Sequence record: SRR20825010_1331
DNA length: 45,701 nt
Strand: one strand, 5' to 3'
Notes under the pieces: generated by a model
The model's database searches: none
What the model was told of the DNA's origin: nothing
What the model saw: only the letters and a program-made list of their open reading frames with translations
Part shown: in pieces, positions 1 through 10,242 of the stretch
Position numbering within the stretch: the first letter of the stretch is position 1
Layout: every line of letters starts with the position of its first letter
Translations under genes and position numbers: made by a program

Positions 1-660
1 GTAGCGCTCATCTGCGTTGGCTTCATCGGTGGCGATAAAGGCGGAGCCGATGTAGCCCAGGTCGGCGCCCATGGCCTGGGCGGCCAGCACGGAATCGCCA
101 GTGGCAATGGCGCCGGACAGCAGTAGCGGGCCGTCGAACCATTCACGGATTTCCTGCACCAGCGCCAGTGGCGACAGGGTGCCGGCATGGCCGCCTGCGC
201 CTGAGGCCACGGCGATCAGGCCATCGGCGCCTTTCTCGATGGCTTTCTTGGCGAAGAAGTTATTGATGATGTCGTGGAACACCAGGCCGCCATAGCTGTG
301 GATGGCCTCGTTCACATCTACCCGGGCACCCAGGGAGGTGATCACGATGGGCACCTTGTACTTCACGCACATTTCCAGGTCGTGCTCCAGCCGGTTATTG
401 GACTTGTGCACAATCTGGTTGACCGCGAATGGGGCGGCAGGCTTGTCAGGGTTGGCCTGGTTCCAGGCATCCAGCTCTTCGGTAATGCGTTTTAGCCACA
501 CTTCCAGTTCTTCCGCAGGGCGGGCATTCAGGGCAGGAAAAGAGCCAACAATGCCGGCTTTGCACTGGGCAATGACCAGGTCCGGGTTGGACACAATAAA
601 CATGGGCGATGCCACAACGGGCAGCTGCAGACTGTTTTGCAGGGAGGCGGGTAGGGCCAT
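1..660 (-). CDS. Nitronate monooxygenase (2-nitropropane dioxygenase) family flavoprotein; 3' end runs off the window
   Basis: Not in the ORF track. Manual translation from ATG 660 gives MALPASLQNSLQLPVVASPMFIVSNPDLVIAQCKAGIVGSFPALNAR and later GAGGHAG and DLGYIGSAFIAT. AGGAG RBS upstream. Confidence 0.9.
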   Translation of the reverse strand, partial: MALPASLQNSLQLPVVASPMFIVSNPDLVIAQCKAGIVGSFPALNARPAEELEVWLKRITEELDAWNQANPDKPAAPFAVNQIVHKSNNRLEHDLEMCVKYKVPIVITSLGARVDVNEAIHSYGGLVFHDIINNFFAKKAIEKGADGLIAVASGAGGHAGTLSPLALVQEIREWFDGPLLLSGAIATGDSVLAAQAMGADLGYIGSAFIATDEANADERY

Positions 661-787
661 GGGAACTCCTCAACTCTCACGGTGAGCGCCACCGGGAAAA
701 GGCGGGGCGCTTTCAGGCCCACAATAGTGCGGTATGCATCGGGGTATGTCAGCACCGGGAAACGACAATCTTGGCGCTGATCCGGAC

Positions 788-1276
788 TTATTTTTCCGGG
801 TGCCCCCGAAACGCATTGAGCAAACGGCTGGGCAGTCCGGCGGAGCGCAGAAAAGGGCGAACGTGCATGAGGGTTTCGTGGATATCATTCACATGGCCGG
901 TCAATCCGTCCACATGATCGGTAATGCCGTCCACCCGGACGGATAAATCAGCGACCTGCCCGGGCAGGGCATCCATGCGTTCGATGATGCGCATGATGCG
1001 GTGCGCCATGATCATGTATTCCAGTGCTGCGCGGATCACCGCCACGCTGACCAGCAGCGCCAGCGGGGCGATGGCGGTGGCGATGATGCCCGCCAGCGTG
1101 GAGAACCAGAAGCACAGGCCGACCACACTGACCACCACGACCAGCGCCCCGACAATCAGCAGCAGATAGAACAGCGGCATCAGCTGCATGGTCAGGTAAC
1201 GGTTGAAGCGCCAATCCGCCAAATTGGGAATGCGCGATGTTCCAGAGGGGGGTGTTTCCGGATTGGGCGTCCGCAT
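788..1276 (-). CDS. DUF4282-like membrane protein with C-terminal coiled-coil-like tail
   Basis: F-x-R-Y-L-T motif, two hydrophobic segments, then R..LE pattern. AGGAGG RBS. Confidence 0.65.
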   Translation of the reverse strand: MRTPNPETPPSGTSRIPNLADWRFNRYLTMQLMPLFYLLLIVGALVVVVSVVGLCFWFSTLAGIIATAIAPLALLVSVAVIRAALEYMIMAHRIMRIIERMDALPGQVADLSVRVDGITDHVDGLTGHVNDIHETLMHVRPFLRSAGLPSRLLNAFRGHPEK

Positions 1277-1330
1277 GGTGCCTCCTGGTTTTATTGTTGG
1301 TTGTGGCGTTCGATTTCGGGTCCCGTGGTG

Positions 1331-1951
1331 CTATTGCGTGGCGTTGCTCGCCCCCACTTTGTGTTCCGCGTAACTGGCCAGAAAATCGCCGAATACCATG
1401 GTGAGCTCCTCAAAACTCTGGGTCGGTTTCTCTTCCGAGAGATGACGAACCACGGTGAAAATCCCGCCATTGATATAGAAATAAGCCACCGCCGGAATAT
1501 TGGGCATGCGCAACAATTCCGGGTGGTGCATCAGGTACTGGGTAAACAGATCCATCAGGGCGCGATTAATAGGCGCCTGGTGCATCACCATGTCCTGACT
1601 GAAGGCGTGGCGGGCACACTTCAGATACAGCTGATTGTTCTCTTCGAGAAAATCCCGAAAGGTAAACAGTAGTTTGCTCACCGCGTCGCGGATATTCATT
1701 CGCACCAGTTCCGGAATCAGCGGCTTGATCATGGCCACCGTATCGTCCACGAAGCGGGCGCCAGCGGCAGTAAAGATGGCGTCCTTATCCTCGAAGTACT
1801 CATACAGGGAACCCACGCCAATGCCGGCAATATCGGCAACCTGGCGTGCCGTGGTGGCGCCAGGGCCCTGCCGGGCAATGGAGATAAGAGCAGCCTCGAT
1901 GATGGCGTCGACGGTGGCTTTGGAGCGCTGTTGTTTGGGTTTGCGTGCCAT
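1331..1951 (-). CDS. TetR/AcrR family transcriptional regulator
   Basis: RKPKQQRSKATVDAIIEAA...VADIAGIGVGSLYEYFEDK helix-turn-helix. Start placed at MARKPK; the ORF is open to 1978. Confidence 0.92.
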   Translation of the reverse strand: MARKPKQQRSKATVDAIIEAALISIARQGPGATTARQVADIAGIGVGSLYEYFEDKDAIFTAAGARFVDDTVAMIKPLIPELVRMNIRDAVSKLLFTFRDFLEENNQLYLKCARHAFSQDMVMHQAPINRALMDLFTQYLMHHPELLRMPNIPAVAYFYINGGIFTVVRHLSEEKPTQSFEELTMVFGDFLASYAEHKVGASNATQ

Positions 1952-1991
1952 ATCTGTTTCCGAATTGAATCCGAACAAGCATTCGATTTAT

Positions 1992-2013
1992 TGTTACACC
2001 GAGCAATGTAACA
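1992..2013. promoter_or_regulatory. Inverted repeat TGTTACA-N8-TGTAACA, candidate operator between the divergent TetR and diiron/BVMO genes
   Basis: Perfect 7-bp arms in the divergent intergenic region. The binding protein is inferred. Confidence 0.5.
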
Positions 2014-2131
2014 GTAAAGCCTTGAGCATGCAGCAGCACCCCAAGGCGCTGGATTGCGGGCAGCTGTGCTGCCGCACCGAATTGACCTTAAACCGGCTGG
2101 AAATATCGTATCGCGATAACAGGAGAGCATC

Positions 2132-3058
2132 ATGGCTTCTATCGACCTGGACAAAATGCTGGCAAAAATAAAATCCACCCAGTGGGCCCTGTCAGATATC
2201 GACTGGGATGCACCTGGCGCGGAACTGATTACCGAAGAGCAGTGGCCAAAGCTGAAAGATTTCATGGCCGACCTGATGTGGATTGAGCATGTGGGCGCAA
2301 GAGCTTTTGCGGCCATGGCCAAGAAAGCCCCCACCGACACCCTGCGTGAAATTTATACCTACTTCCATGCGGAAGAGCAGCGTCATGCCAATGCCGAAAT
2401 GGCATTGATGAAACGCTGGGGCATGCTTGAGGGCGATGAAATCCCCGAGCCAAACATCAACCTGCGTCTGGTGATCGAATGGCTGGACCGTTACAGCGAC
2501 GAAATGCCGGTTTATGTGTTGGGTACGGTGGTGCCGATGCTGGAGATCGCATTGGATGGTGCTTTGTGTACTTTCCTGCTGGAGACGGTGAAAGACCCGG
2601 TTTGTCATCAGGCGTTTGAAAAAATTAATGATGATGAGTCCCGTCACTTGGGCGTGGGCTTTACCGTGATGGAAATGCAGGGTCGCGGCAAAACCTTTAT
2701 TGGCGCCACGAAGATGCTAGCCCCGTTGATGGATCCTCGTTTGCTTTTGGGGATTGCCTCCTATGCGCCGTTGTTGAACAAAATGCGCGACAACATTATC
2801 ACCATGGGGTTGCCGGAAGAGCGCTTGTACGCGGCCATGGCCAAGTTCGAAAGAATCGGTGGCCGCACGAAGGATGGTCGTCGTAATCCCTGGTATCAGG
2901 TGATCCGTCAGCACGCCAAAATAGTGGTGGATCGCAATAATCGTGCTTATCACTTGCCCGTGGATGGCTTGGTTAAGCTGACGGGAATGATACCGCGCAA
3001 AGCATTGCCAGCGGTTCCATCGTGGGTGAAAGAGCTTACCTATCTGCCCACAGCTTGA
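2132..3058 (+). CDS. Ferritin-like (AurF-related) diiron protein
   Basis: Diiron ligand pattern IEHVG...EEQRH...LEIALD...DESRH. AGGAG RBS. Confidence 0.8.
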   Translation: MASIDLDKMLAKIKSTQWALSDIDWDAPGAELITEEQWPKLKDFMADLMWIEHVGARAFAAMAKKAPTDTLREIYTYFHAEEQRHANAEMALMKRWGMLEGDEIPEPNINLRLVIEWLDRYSDEMPVYVLGTVVPMLEIALDGALCTFLLETVKDPVCHQAFEKINDDESRHLGVGFTVMEMQGRGKTFIGATKMLAPLMDPRLLLGIASYAPLLNKMRDNIITMGLPEERLYAAMAKFERIGGRTKDGRRNPWYQVIRQHAKIVVDRNNRAYHLPVDGLVKLTGMIPRKALPAVPSWVKELTYLPTA

Positions 3059-3131
3059 TCTTGTCGACAACGGCTCACCATGTGTCCTGTACACATGGTG
3101 AGCCTCTCCTGTTTTTTGAAGAGATTTTGTT

Positions 3132-4685
3132 ATGACTACATCCTCAGCCTCCCCGAAAAAGGCCCCGCGCAAGGTGGCTACCCGTAAGCGTGCTAGCACG
3201 GCTAAACGCCCGGGAGTAACGAAAAAGCCCGCGGTAAAACCGGCATCTGTATTGATTGTGGGGGCAGGGTTTGCCGGCCTGGGGATGGCCATTCGCCTCA
3301 AACAGGCGGGAATTGAGGATTTTGTGATTCTGGAGCGCGCCAACGCGGTGGGCGGTACCTGGCGTGACAATCAGTATCCGGGTGCGGCCTGTGATATACC
3401 TTCTAATCTGTATTCGTATTCATTTGCGCCCAACCCGAATTGGTCGCGCAGCTTCTCGGGCAGTGAGGAGATTCTTGGTTATATCCATCACCTGGTGGCC
3501 GAGTTCGCACTGGAATCCCACATTCGTTTCGAGAAAAACGTGGAAGGCCTGACCTTTGATGAAAAGAAGGGTATGTGGACCGCGACCACCGATAAGGGCG
3601 AGCAGTTTGCTGGCCGCGCCGCCGTCATGGCTCAGGGGCCGTTGTCCAACTGCAGCTTCCCGGCGATTACCGGCCTGGAGGATTTCAAGGGCCACAAGAT
3701 TCACAGCGCCCGTTGGGACCACGATTATGATTTCAGCGGCAAGAAAGTGGCGGTCATCGGCACCGGCGCCAGTGGCATCCAGATCATCCCCGAGCTGGTG
3801 AAACAGGCGAAGCATGTAAAAGTGTTCCAGCGCACCCCGGGCTGGGTCATGCCGCGCCCGGATTTTGCCACTCCGCAGTGGAACAAGAAGCTGTTCGAAA
3901 AGCTGCCGGCCAGCCAGCAGGCCATGCGCAACCTGCTCTACTGGACGCATGAGAGTATGGCGTTGGCGGTTATCTGGAATTCACCACTGACGCGTATTGC
4001 CGAACGAGTGGCGCGTTTGCATTTGCGTCGTCAGGTGAAAGATCGTTGGCTGCGCCGTCAGCTGACGCCGGACTTTACCATCGGCTGCAAGCGTGTGCTG
4101 GTGTCCAACGATTACTACCCGTCGCTGCAGAAAGACAATGCGAAACTGATCACCTGGCCCATCGCGCGGCTCAGTGAAAAAGGCATTCGCACAGTGGAAG
4201 GCATCGAGCATCAGGTGGATTGCATTGTTTTTGCCACCGGTTTCGATGTTAGCCATTCCGGTACGCCATTCCCGGTGAAAGGACGCAAGGGTCGTGTGCT
4301 GGGAGAAGAATGGGAAGGCGGGGCGCAGGCCTACAAGAGCATCAATGTGTCGGGCTATCCGAACCTGTACATGACCTTTGGGCCGAACTCCGGGCCCGGC
4401 CATAACTCTGCGCTGGTTTATATGGAGTCCCAGCTGGATTACGCCGTGAAAGGCGTGCAGAAAATTCTTCAGGGCGACCTCAAGATGCTGGACGTGAAAG
4501 AAGCGGTTCAACGCAAGCACAACAAGGCCATGCAGAAACGGTTGGCGAAAACCAACTGGAATTCCGGCTGCAAGAGCTGGTATCTCACCGAAGACGGTTT
4601 CAACGCCACCATGTACCCCGGGTTCGCCACCCAGTACGCGGCGCAGATGGCCGACTTCGAGGAGAACGATTACGAAACCGCCTGA
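3132..4685 (+). CDS. Baeyer-Villiger / flavin-containing monooxygenase
   Basis: GAGFAG, GGTWRDNQYPGAACD, fingerprint FKGHKIHSARWD, second Rossmann motif GTGASG. Confidence 0.93.
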   Translation: MTTSSASPKKAPRKVATRKRASTAKRPGVTKKPAVKPASVLIVGAGFAGLGMAIRLKQAGIEDFVILERANAVGGTWRDNQYPGAACDIPSNLYSYSFAPNPNWSRSFSGSEEILGYIHHLVAEFALESHIRFEKNVEGLTFDEKKGMWTATTDKGEQFAGRAAVMAQGPLSNCSFPAITGLEDFKGHKIHSARWDHDYDFSGKKVAVIGTGASGIQIIPELVKQAKHVKVFQRTPGWVMPRPDFATPQWNKKLFEKLPASQQAMRNLLYWTHESMALAVIWNSPLTRIAERVARLHLRRQVKDRWLRRQLTPDFTIGCKRVLVSNDYYPSLQKDNAKLITWPIARLSEKGIRTVEGIEHQVDCIVFATGFDVSHSGTPFPVKGRKGRVLGEEWEGGAQAYKSINVSGYPNLYMTFGPNSGPGHNSALVYMESQLDYAVKGVQKILQGDLKMLDVKEAVQRKHNKAMQKRLAKTNWNSGCKSWYLTEDGFNATMYPGFATQYAAQMADFEENDYETA

Positions 4686-4712
4686 TGTGAATCAGTCTGG
4701 TTTCATCCGGTG

Positions 4713-4747
4713 AACGCGGCCCTGCCTGGCAGGTGCCGCGTTTTTTT
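4713..4747 (+). terminator. Intrinsic terminator
   Basis: GC-rich stem AACGCGGC-CCTGCC/GGCAGG-T-GCCGCGTT followed by a T-tract. Confidence 0.8.
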
Positions 4748-4847
4748 ATGGCTCATCGCTCAATGCCGGATTACGCCTTTCTGGCTCTTTGTGCCCATGG
4801 GGGGATTCGACCTGTGGGACTTATGCTGTCTGTGGTGATCTGTGGGC

Positions 4848-4887
4848 CTGTCATCAGGCCGTCATTTCGCTGTCGTACTGGCTTCAT
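4848..4887 (+). promoter_or_regulatory. Pho box (PhoB direct repeats)
   Basis: CTGTCAT-cagg-CCGTCAT-ttcg-CTGTCGT-actg-GCTTCAT at an 11-bp period, upstream of a phosphatase-associated gene. Confidence 0.8.
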
Positions 4888-4950
4888 CCTCGCCCTGTAA
4901 AACCCTGTGAGCAATCCGTTTGGGGAATATCCACATAACAGGGGAAACCG

Positions 4951-6855
4951 ATGAAGCATTTGTATCTGGGGGCCGGTGTGATTCTGGCCGCGACGCTGAG
5001 TGCCTGTGGTGGCGACAGCAATGAGTCTGATGCCGCTGTCGATGAAGGGGTGCGCACACCGGACAGCATCCGGTTGTCCTATGTCAGCCGTTATTCCACG
5101 GGCAGTTTTGATGCTTCCGCCGCCGAGATCCCGGCCTATGATGCGGCGAGCAAGCGCCTGTTTGTGGTGAATGCGGAGCAGGGGGAGCTGGATGTACTGG
5201 ATCTGAGTGACCCGGAGAACCCGGTCAAGATCGATGCGATCAGTGCCGCAGGCATTGCGGCGGGCGCGGAAGTGAACAGCGTTGCGGCCAGCCATGGTCT
5301 GGTGGCGGTGGCCATTGAGGCCGACCCGAAAACCGATAACGGTTTTGTGGCGCTGTATCAGGCCAGTGACCTGACCCTGTTGGGGAGTGAGGAAGTGGGT
5401 GCCCAGCCAGACATGGTGGCGTTTACCCCGGACGGAACCCGCGTGCTCACCGCCAATGAGGGCGAGCCCAGCGATGATTACCAGACGGACCCGGACGGTT
5501 CCATCAGCATCGTGGATTTCAGTGATCCGGCTAACCCGGTGGTGAGCACGGCAGATTTCACCGGCTATAACGGTAAAGAAGATGCCCTGCGTAGTCAGGG
5601 GGTGCGAATTTATGGGCCAGGCGCCTCTGCATCCCAGGATCTGGAGCCGGAATATATTGCGGTCTCCGCTGATGGCACGACCGCCTGGGTCACCCTGCAA
5701 GAGAACAATGCACTGGCAATCATCGATATTGCGACCGCATCAGTGACTGACATCGTTACCTTGGGCGAGACGGATCGTAGCGTCGCTGGTAATGGAATCG
5801 ATGCCAGCGATGAGGATGGCGTGATCGACATCGAGACCTTTGCCGGGGTGGTAGGGCTGTATCTGCCAGATTCCATCCATGGCTATACCGTTAACGGCAA
5901 GACCTACCTGGTGACCGCCAACGAAGGTGATGCCCGTGCCTGGGGCGAGGACAATGATGCCTACTGGGGCGAAGAGGCGGATGAAGATGCGGTGCCGCCG
6001 GTAGCCTGTACACCGGATGCCAGCCAGGGTTTTGTTGAAGAGTTTCGGGTGAAACACCTAGTGCACAATAGCGGTTTCGCGCGCCGCTGTGGTGATGACC
6101 TGCCGCCTCAGTTGAGCGAGCTGGCCGATGGGGCTTTGCTGGATCCTGCGGTTTTCGGTTACTGCGGTGCTGAAGCGGGCGATTCCGGTGATTGCCGGGA
6201 AGATGACGTTCTCGGCCGGCTGAACATCACCTGGACGTTGGGGTATAAAACCAACGCAGATGGCTCCCCGAAAATGTACGACGACGCCGGCGCAGAAGAT
6301 GCGGTTGCCGGTGATCGCATCATGTATGACACCTTGTACAGCTATGGTGGCCGTTCCTTCTCCATTCGTGATGAGGTGGGTGATCTGGTGTTTGATAGTG
6401 GTGACGCCATTGAGCAGTTCCTGGCCAGCGATGATTGCAAGCTGGGCTCCGATCGCTCAATCGATTGTGCCGACTACTTCAACAGCGGTCACGATGAAGG
6501 CGATGCCATGGATAGCCGCAGTGATGCCAAGGGGCCGGAACCGGAAGGGCTGACCATCGGTCAAATCGGCGACAAGCATTTCCTGTTCCTGGGGCTGGAA
6601 CGCATGGGCGGGGTGCTGGTGTATGACATTACCGATCCGGCGGCACCGGTGTATCAGGATTACCTGAACAGCCGTGACACCTGGGATGTGGATCCGGATG
6701 CGGGCAACCTGGAAGGGTATGGCGATCTGGGGCCGGAAGGATTGGTGTTCATTCCGGCGGCGGATTCAGCCAACGGCAAGGCGTTGCTGGTAGTGGGGAA
6801 TGAAGTAAGTGGCACCACGGCAATCTATGAAGTGCAGAGTGTTTTCAACGAATAA
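4951..6855 (+). CDS. Choice-of-anchor I domain (alkaline-phosphatase-associated beta-propeller) lipoprotein
   Basis: Lipobox LSAC; motifs AAEIPAYD, GAQPDMVAFTPDG, ANEGEP, DLEPEYI, LQENNA, SRSDAKGPEPEG, GLERMGG, DLGPEG, GNEVSGTT. Confidence 0.85.
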   Translation: MKHLYLGAGVILAATLSACGGDSNESDAAVDEGVRTPDSIRLSYVSRYSTGSFDASAAEIPAYDAASKRLFVVNAEQGELDVLDLSDPENPVKIDAISAAGIAAGAEVNSVAASHGLVAVAIEADPKTDNGFVALYQASDLTLLGSEEVGAQPDMVAFTPDGTRVLTANEGEPSDDYQTDPDGSISIVDFSDPANPVVSTADFTGYNGKEDALRSQGVRIYGPGASASQDLEPEYIAVSADGTTAWVTLQENNALAIIDIATASVTDIVTLGETDRSVAGNGIDASDEDGVIDIETFAGVVGLYLPDSIHGYTVNGKTYLVTANEGDARAWGEDNDAYWGEEADEDAVPPVACTPDASQGFVEEFRVKHLVHNSGFARRCGDDLPPQLSELADGALLDPAVFGYCGAEAGDSGDCREDDVLGRLNITWTLGYKTNADGSPKMYDDAGAEDAVAGDRIMYDTLYSYGGRSFSIRDEVGDLVFDSGDAIEQFLASDDCKLGSDRSIDCADYFNSGHDEGDAMDSRSDAKGPEPEGLTIGQIGDKHFLFLGLERMGGVLVYDITDPAAPVYQDYLNSRDTWDVDPDAGNLEGYGDLGPEGLVFIPAADSANGKALLVVGNEVSGTTAIYEVQSVFNE

Positions 6856-6882
6856 AGCGCGGCACTAAAAGCGCAAAGAATG

Positions 6883-6907
6883 AAGGCGGCCTGCGGGCCG
6901 CCTTTTT
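6883..6907 (+). terminator. Intrinsic terminator
   Basis: AAGGCGGCC-TGCG-GGCCGCCTTTTT. Confidence 0.8.
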
Positions 6908-7038
6908 GCATCATTTCGGTTCCACGGTGGGTGGAGATGCGTGCATCGCGAAGAGGCTTGTCACGCCGCCGTTGTTCGTGATGCAAGCATCACTCTTCCC
7001 ACAAGAATCGAGGGTGTTGGGCGGTATTCAGTCGGCGC

Positions 7039-7350
7039 TCAGCCTTTTTTTGCCGCTTGCCTGGCCTCAAAGGCCGCCAGCTGTGCTTCGCTGGCAGGCT
7101 TCTGGTAGAGCGCTTTCCACTCAGGGAATGGCATGCCGTAGACATACTCCCGGGCGGCATCATAGTCCAATTCCACGTCTTGTTCGGTGGCCGCTTCCAT
7201 CAGCCATTTTGCCAGGCAGTTACGGCAAAAATCCGCCAGGATCATCAGGTCGATATTCTGCACGTCCTTGTTGGCATCCAGGTGCTGGAGCAGGTGGCGG
7301 AAAGCGGCGGCTTCCATTTCTGTTCGGGTGGTCTGGTCGAGGTCGGTCAT
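7039..7350 (-). CDS. DUF1244 family protein
   Basis: EAAAFRHLLQHL...DVQNIDLMILADFCRNCLAKW...YGMPFPEWK. Start at MTDLD; the longer ORF extension runs through a REP. Confidence 0.88.
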   Translation of the reverse strand: MTDLDQTTRTEMEAAAFRHLLQHLDANKDVQNIDLMILADFCRNCLAKWLMEAATEQDVELDYDAAREYVYGMPFPEWKALYQKPASEAQLAAFEARQAAKKG

Positions 7351-7387
7351 GGAGTTATCCTTGTGTTCGTCACCAGATTCGAAGCCG

Positions 7388-7545
7388 CTGTAGGAGTTCC
7401 CTTCTAGGGAACGAATCCGGCGCTTGTTCATATTCGAAAGCGCTTAACGCTAGCCTGTGTGCTGAATAGCAATGGGCCTTTTAAATCACTTGTCGGCGAT
7501 GGTCGCGCTGCGCGCGATTCGTCCCCTGGAAGGGAACTCCTACAG
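7388..7545. repeat. REPIN-like pair of inverted GTAG-type REP elements
   Basis: 7388-7417 CTGTAGGAGTTCCCTTCTAGGGAACGAATC and 7516-7545 GATTCGTCCCCTGGAAGGGAACTCCTACAG are reverse complements with 2 mismatches; each has an internal hairpin. Confidence 0.85.
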
Positions 7546-7565
7546 ACCCCGTCTACGCATTAGTT

Positions 7566-9155
7566 TCAGGCGTCAGCCTCAATGCTCCGCAGATAGTCGT
7601 CGTAATTCCCACTGAAGTCACGAACGCCGTCGGGGGTGATTTCCAGGATGCGAGTAGCCAGCGAGCTGACGAACTCCCGGTCGTGGCTGACAAAGAACAA
7701 TGTGCCCGGGTAATTTTCCAGTGCCAGGTTCAGCGCTTCAATGGATTCCATATCCAGGTGATTGGTGGGCTCATCCAGTAACAGAACATTGGGTTGCGTC
7801 AGAGTCAGCTTGCCGAACAGCATGCGGCCCTGCTCACCACCGGAAATCACCTTCACGGATTTCAGCACTTCGTCATTGGAGAACAACATGCGCCCCAGTG
7901 CTGCACGCACCGCTTGTTCGCCATCGCTGGTCCATTGCGCCATCCAGTCGAACAGGATCATGTCCTGTTCAAAGTCGTGGCTGTGGTCCTGGGCGAAGTA
8001 ACCCAGCTCCGCCGCTTCCGCCCATTTTACCGTGCCGTTATCCGGGGTGAGATCGCCAGCCAGACAGCGCAACAAGGTAGTCTTGCCGATGCCGTTGGGG
8101 CCAATGATGGCGACCCGTTCGCCGGCTTCCACTTGCAGGCTCAGGTCCTGGAACAGGGTCAGGTCGTCATAATGTTTGCCCAGCCCTTCCAGGGTAACCG
8201 CCTGGCGATGCAGTTTCTTGGTCTGTTCGAAGCGGATGTACGGGCTGATCCGGCTGGAGGGTTTGACCTCTTCCAGCTGGATCTTGTCGATCTGCTTGGC
8301 GCGGCTGGTGGCCTGCTTGGCCTTGGACGCGTTGGCCGAGAAGCGGCTGACAAAGCTCTGCAGATCAGCGATTTCCTTTTTCTTCTTGGCGTTGTCCGCA
8401 TACAGACGGTCACGGGCCGCGGTGGCGGCAGTCATGTACTCGTCGTAGTTACCCGGGAACAGGCGTAGTTCTCCGTAATCCAGATCCGCCATGTGGGTGC
8501 ATACGCTGTTCAGGAAGTGACGGTCGTGGGAAATGATGATCATGGTGCTGGAGCGGGCCACCAGGATATCTTCCAGCCAGCGAATGGTGTGGATATCCAG
8601 ATGGTTGGTGGGCTCATCCAGCAGCAGCACGTCCGGGTCGGAGAACAGAGCCTGGGCAAGCAGGACGCGCAGTTTCCAGCCGGGAGCCACGGCGGTCATC
8701 GGGCCGGCGTGCTGCTCTTCAGGAATGCCCAGCCCCAGAAGCAGGTCGCCGGCGCGGGCCTCGGCGGTGTAGCCGTCCATCTCCGCGAATTGCATTTCCA
8801 GCTCCGCCACACGCATGCCGTCTTCTTCGCTCATTTCCGGCAGGCTGTAGATGCGGTCGCGTTCGGCCTTTACCGTGGCCAGTTCGCTATGCCCCATGAT
8901 CACGGTGTCCAACACCGTGTGCTCCTCGAAGGCGAACTGGTCCTGGCGTAGCTTGCCAAGGCGATCATTGGGATCCAGCATCACCTGGCCATTGCTGGGC
9001 TGCAGCTCGCCGCCGAGGATTTTCATGAAGGTGGATTTGCCGCAGCCGTTGGCGCCGATCAGGCCGTAACGGTTGCCGTTGCCGAATTTGACGGAGACGT
9101 TTTCAAACAGCGGCTTGGCGCCGAACTGCATGGTGATGTTCGCGGTAGAGATCAA
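7566..9155 (-). CDS. ybiT: ABC-F family ATPase (YbiT-like)
   Basis: [24 protein letters not shown]; two Walker A motifs ([17 protein letters not shown]); [11 protein letters not shown] twice; linker [21 protein letters not shown] start at 9155. Confidence 0.9.
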   Translation of the reverse strand: MISTANITMQFGAKPLFENVSVKFGNGNRYGLIGANGCGKSTFMKILGGELQPSNGQVMLDPNDRLGKLRQDQFAFEEHTVLDTVIMGHSELATVKAERDRIYSLPEMSEEDGMRVAELEMQFAEMDGYTAEARAGDLLLGLGIPEEQHAGPMTAVAPGWKLRVLLAQALFSDPDVLLLDEPTNHLDIHTIRWLEDILVARSSTMIIISHDRHFLNSVCTHMADLDYGELRLFPGNYDEYMTAATAARDRLYADNAKKKKEIADLQSFVSRFSANASKAKQATSRAKQIDKIQLEEVKPSSRISPYIRFEQTKKLHRQAVTLEGLGKHYDDLTLFQDLSLQVEAGERVAIIGPNGIGKTTLLRCLAGDLTPDNGTVKWAEAAELGYFAQDHSHDFEQDMILFDWMAQWTSDGEQAVRAALGRMLFSNDEVLKSVKVISGGEQGRMLFGKLTLTQPNVLLLDEPTNHLDMESIEALNLALENYPGTLFFVSHDREFVSSLATRILEITPDGVRDFSGNYDDYLRSIEADA

Positions 9156-9354
9156 AAGACTGTCCTGTAACGAGAGGGCGGCCGGGGCGCGCCATCGCCG
9201 GCTGCGGGGGTTATCAGCAGGCGGCGGGAAGAAAGAGGCGGCATTGTACCGGCTTGTCGGGCAAAAGGCAGTCCCGCCCGGCGGTCCATCCGGGGTTGAA
9301 AAATTGGGCAAAAAGGCGCGTATTAGAAAGGAGAGGCAAGACAGAGAGGGGATT

Positions 9355-10140
9355 ATGAAAACAAAAACGACCCTGGCGGGGGTGGCGGCCATCGTGATGG
9401 CGGCGCTTTTCAGTGCAGGCTGTAGCAACAATGCCAGCCATGATTACCTCGAGCAGCAGGTTCAGCGGACCTTGCAGGATAACAATCTGGGGGTTTGGCA
9501 GGTTGAATCGCTGGTTCTGGAGGAGGAGCAACAAAAGCGCACGGACAAAGACAGCCCGACCACGACCTATCAATTCAACGTTGCCCTCGTGCTGCAGGAA
9601 GATTTGCAGCTGGTCCGCTATGCCGACGCGGACGCCCGTGAACTGGTGGTGACGCCGGGCCCTCGGGCGGGAGAGCAAGTGACGTTGCCTGCGGTGGCGC
9701 GGGTAGAGGGGCCGCTGGGGGAGGCGTCCTCCCGGGCGCATGTGAGCCTGCCGCTCACGGATCTGCCGCCGGGCCTGCCGGTATCGCTGCTGCGCGACCG
9801 TTTTGCAGACTGGCAGCAGATTGGCGTGGGCAGTGAGGCCTATCAGGCCATGCTGGAGCGTCTGCGCCGCCAGCTGCTTGACGAGCAGAGAGCCCTCACC
9901 GAGACCGCCGACCGGTTGCGACGCGGGCGGATGCAGCTGGAGGCCAAGGATGAGGAGCTGAAAGCGCTGGAAGAGGACAGTGTTGGCCAGTCCAGCGGTA
10001 TGGGAGAGCCCATGGAGCGGCTCAGTGGTGACGTGCAGGCCTTGATGTCCCAGGTGGAGCAGCTTCAGGTGGAGAAGTACACCCGAGAGGATACCGTTAA
10101 AAAGCTGCGAGCGGATCTGGACCACCTGCAGGGTAAGTGA
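9355..10140 (+). CDS. Hypothetical lipoprotein with C-terminal coiled coil
   Basis: [23 protein letters not shown] signal peptide with lipobox; heptad-rich C-terminus; GAGGGG RBS. Confidence 0.7.
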   Translation: MKTKTTLAGVAAIVMAALFSAGCSNNASHDYLEQQVQRTLQDNNLGVWQVESLVLEEEQQKRTDKDSPTTTYQFNVALVLQEDLQLVRYADADARELVVTPGPRAGEQVTLPAVARVEGPLGEASSRAHVSLPLTDLPPGLPVSLLRDRFADWQQIGVGSEAYQAMLERLRRQLLDEQRALTETADRLRRGRMQLEAKDEELKALEEDSVGQSSGMGEPMERLSGDVQALMSQVEQLQVEKYTREDTVKKLRADLDHLQGK

Positions 10141-10242
10141 TCACCGTAGCGGTGTGAGCACAGGGGGGCATGCCGGCAGGATTCGACTTGTGCGGCGCCA
10201 TGGGTATCATGGCAGGCCCGTTTTACCCACCGGACCCTTGTC

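Noticed and set aside
1992-2114. TGTTAC...GTAACA as a CbrB-type enhancer with a sigma-54 promoter
   Set aside because: The nearby TGG...GC at 2098-2114 has 12 rather than 10 nt between GG and GC; kept only as a generic operator.
6906-7469. 187-aa + strand ORF
   Set aside because: It lies antisense to the DUF1244 gene, crosses a REP, and has no protein-like features.
9073-9431. N-terminal extensions in the ORF track (ABC-F to 9431, lipoprotein from 9073; likewise alkB to 35470, AraC to 21544, chaC to 37677)
   Set aside because: They overlap neighbouring genes or regulatory DNA; family N-termini and RBSs point to downstream starts.
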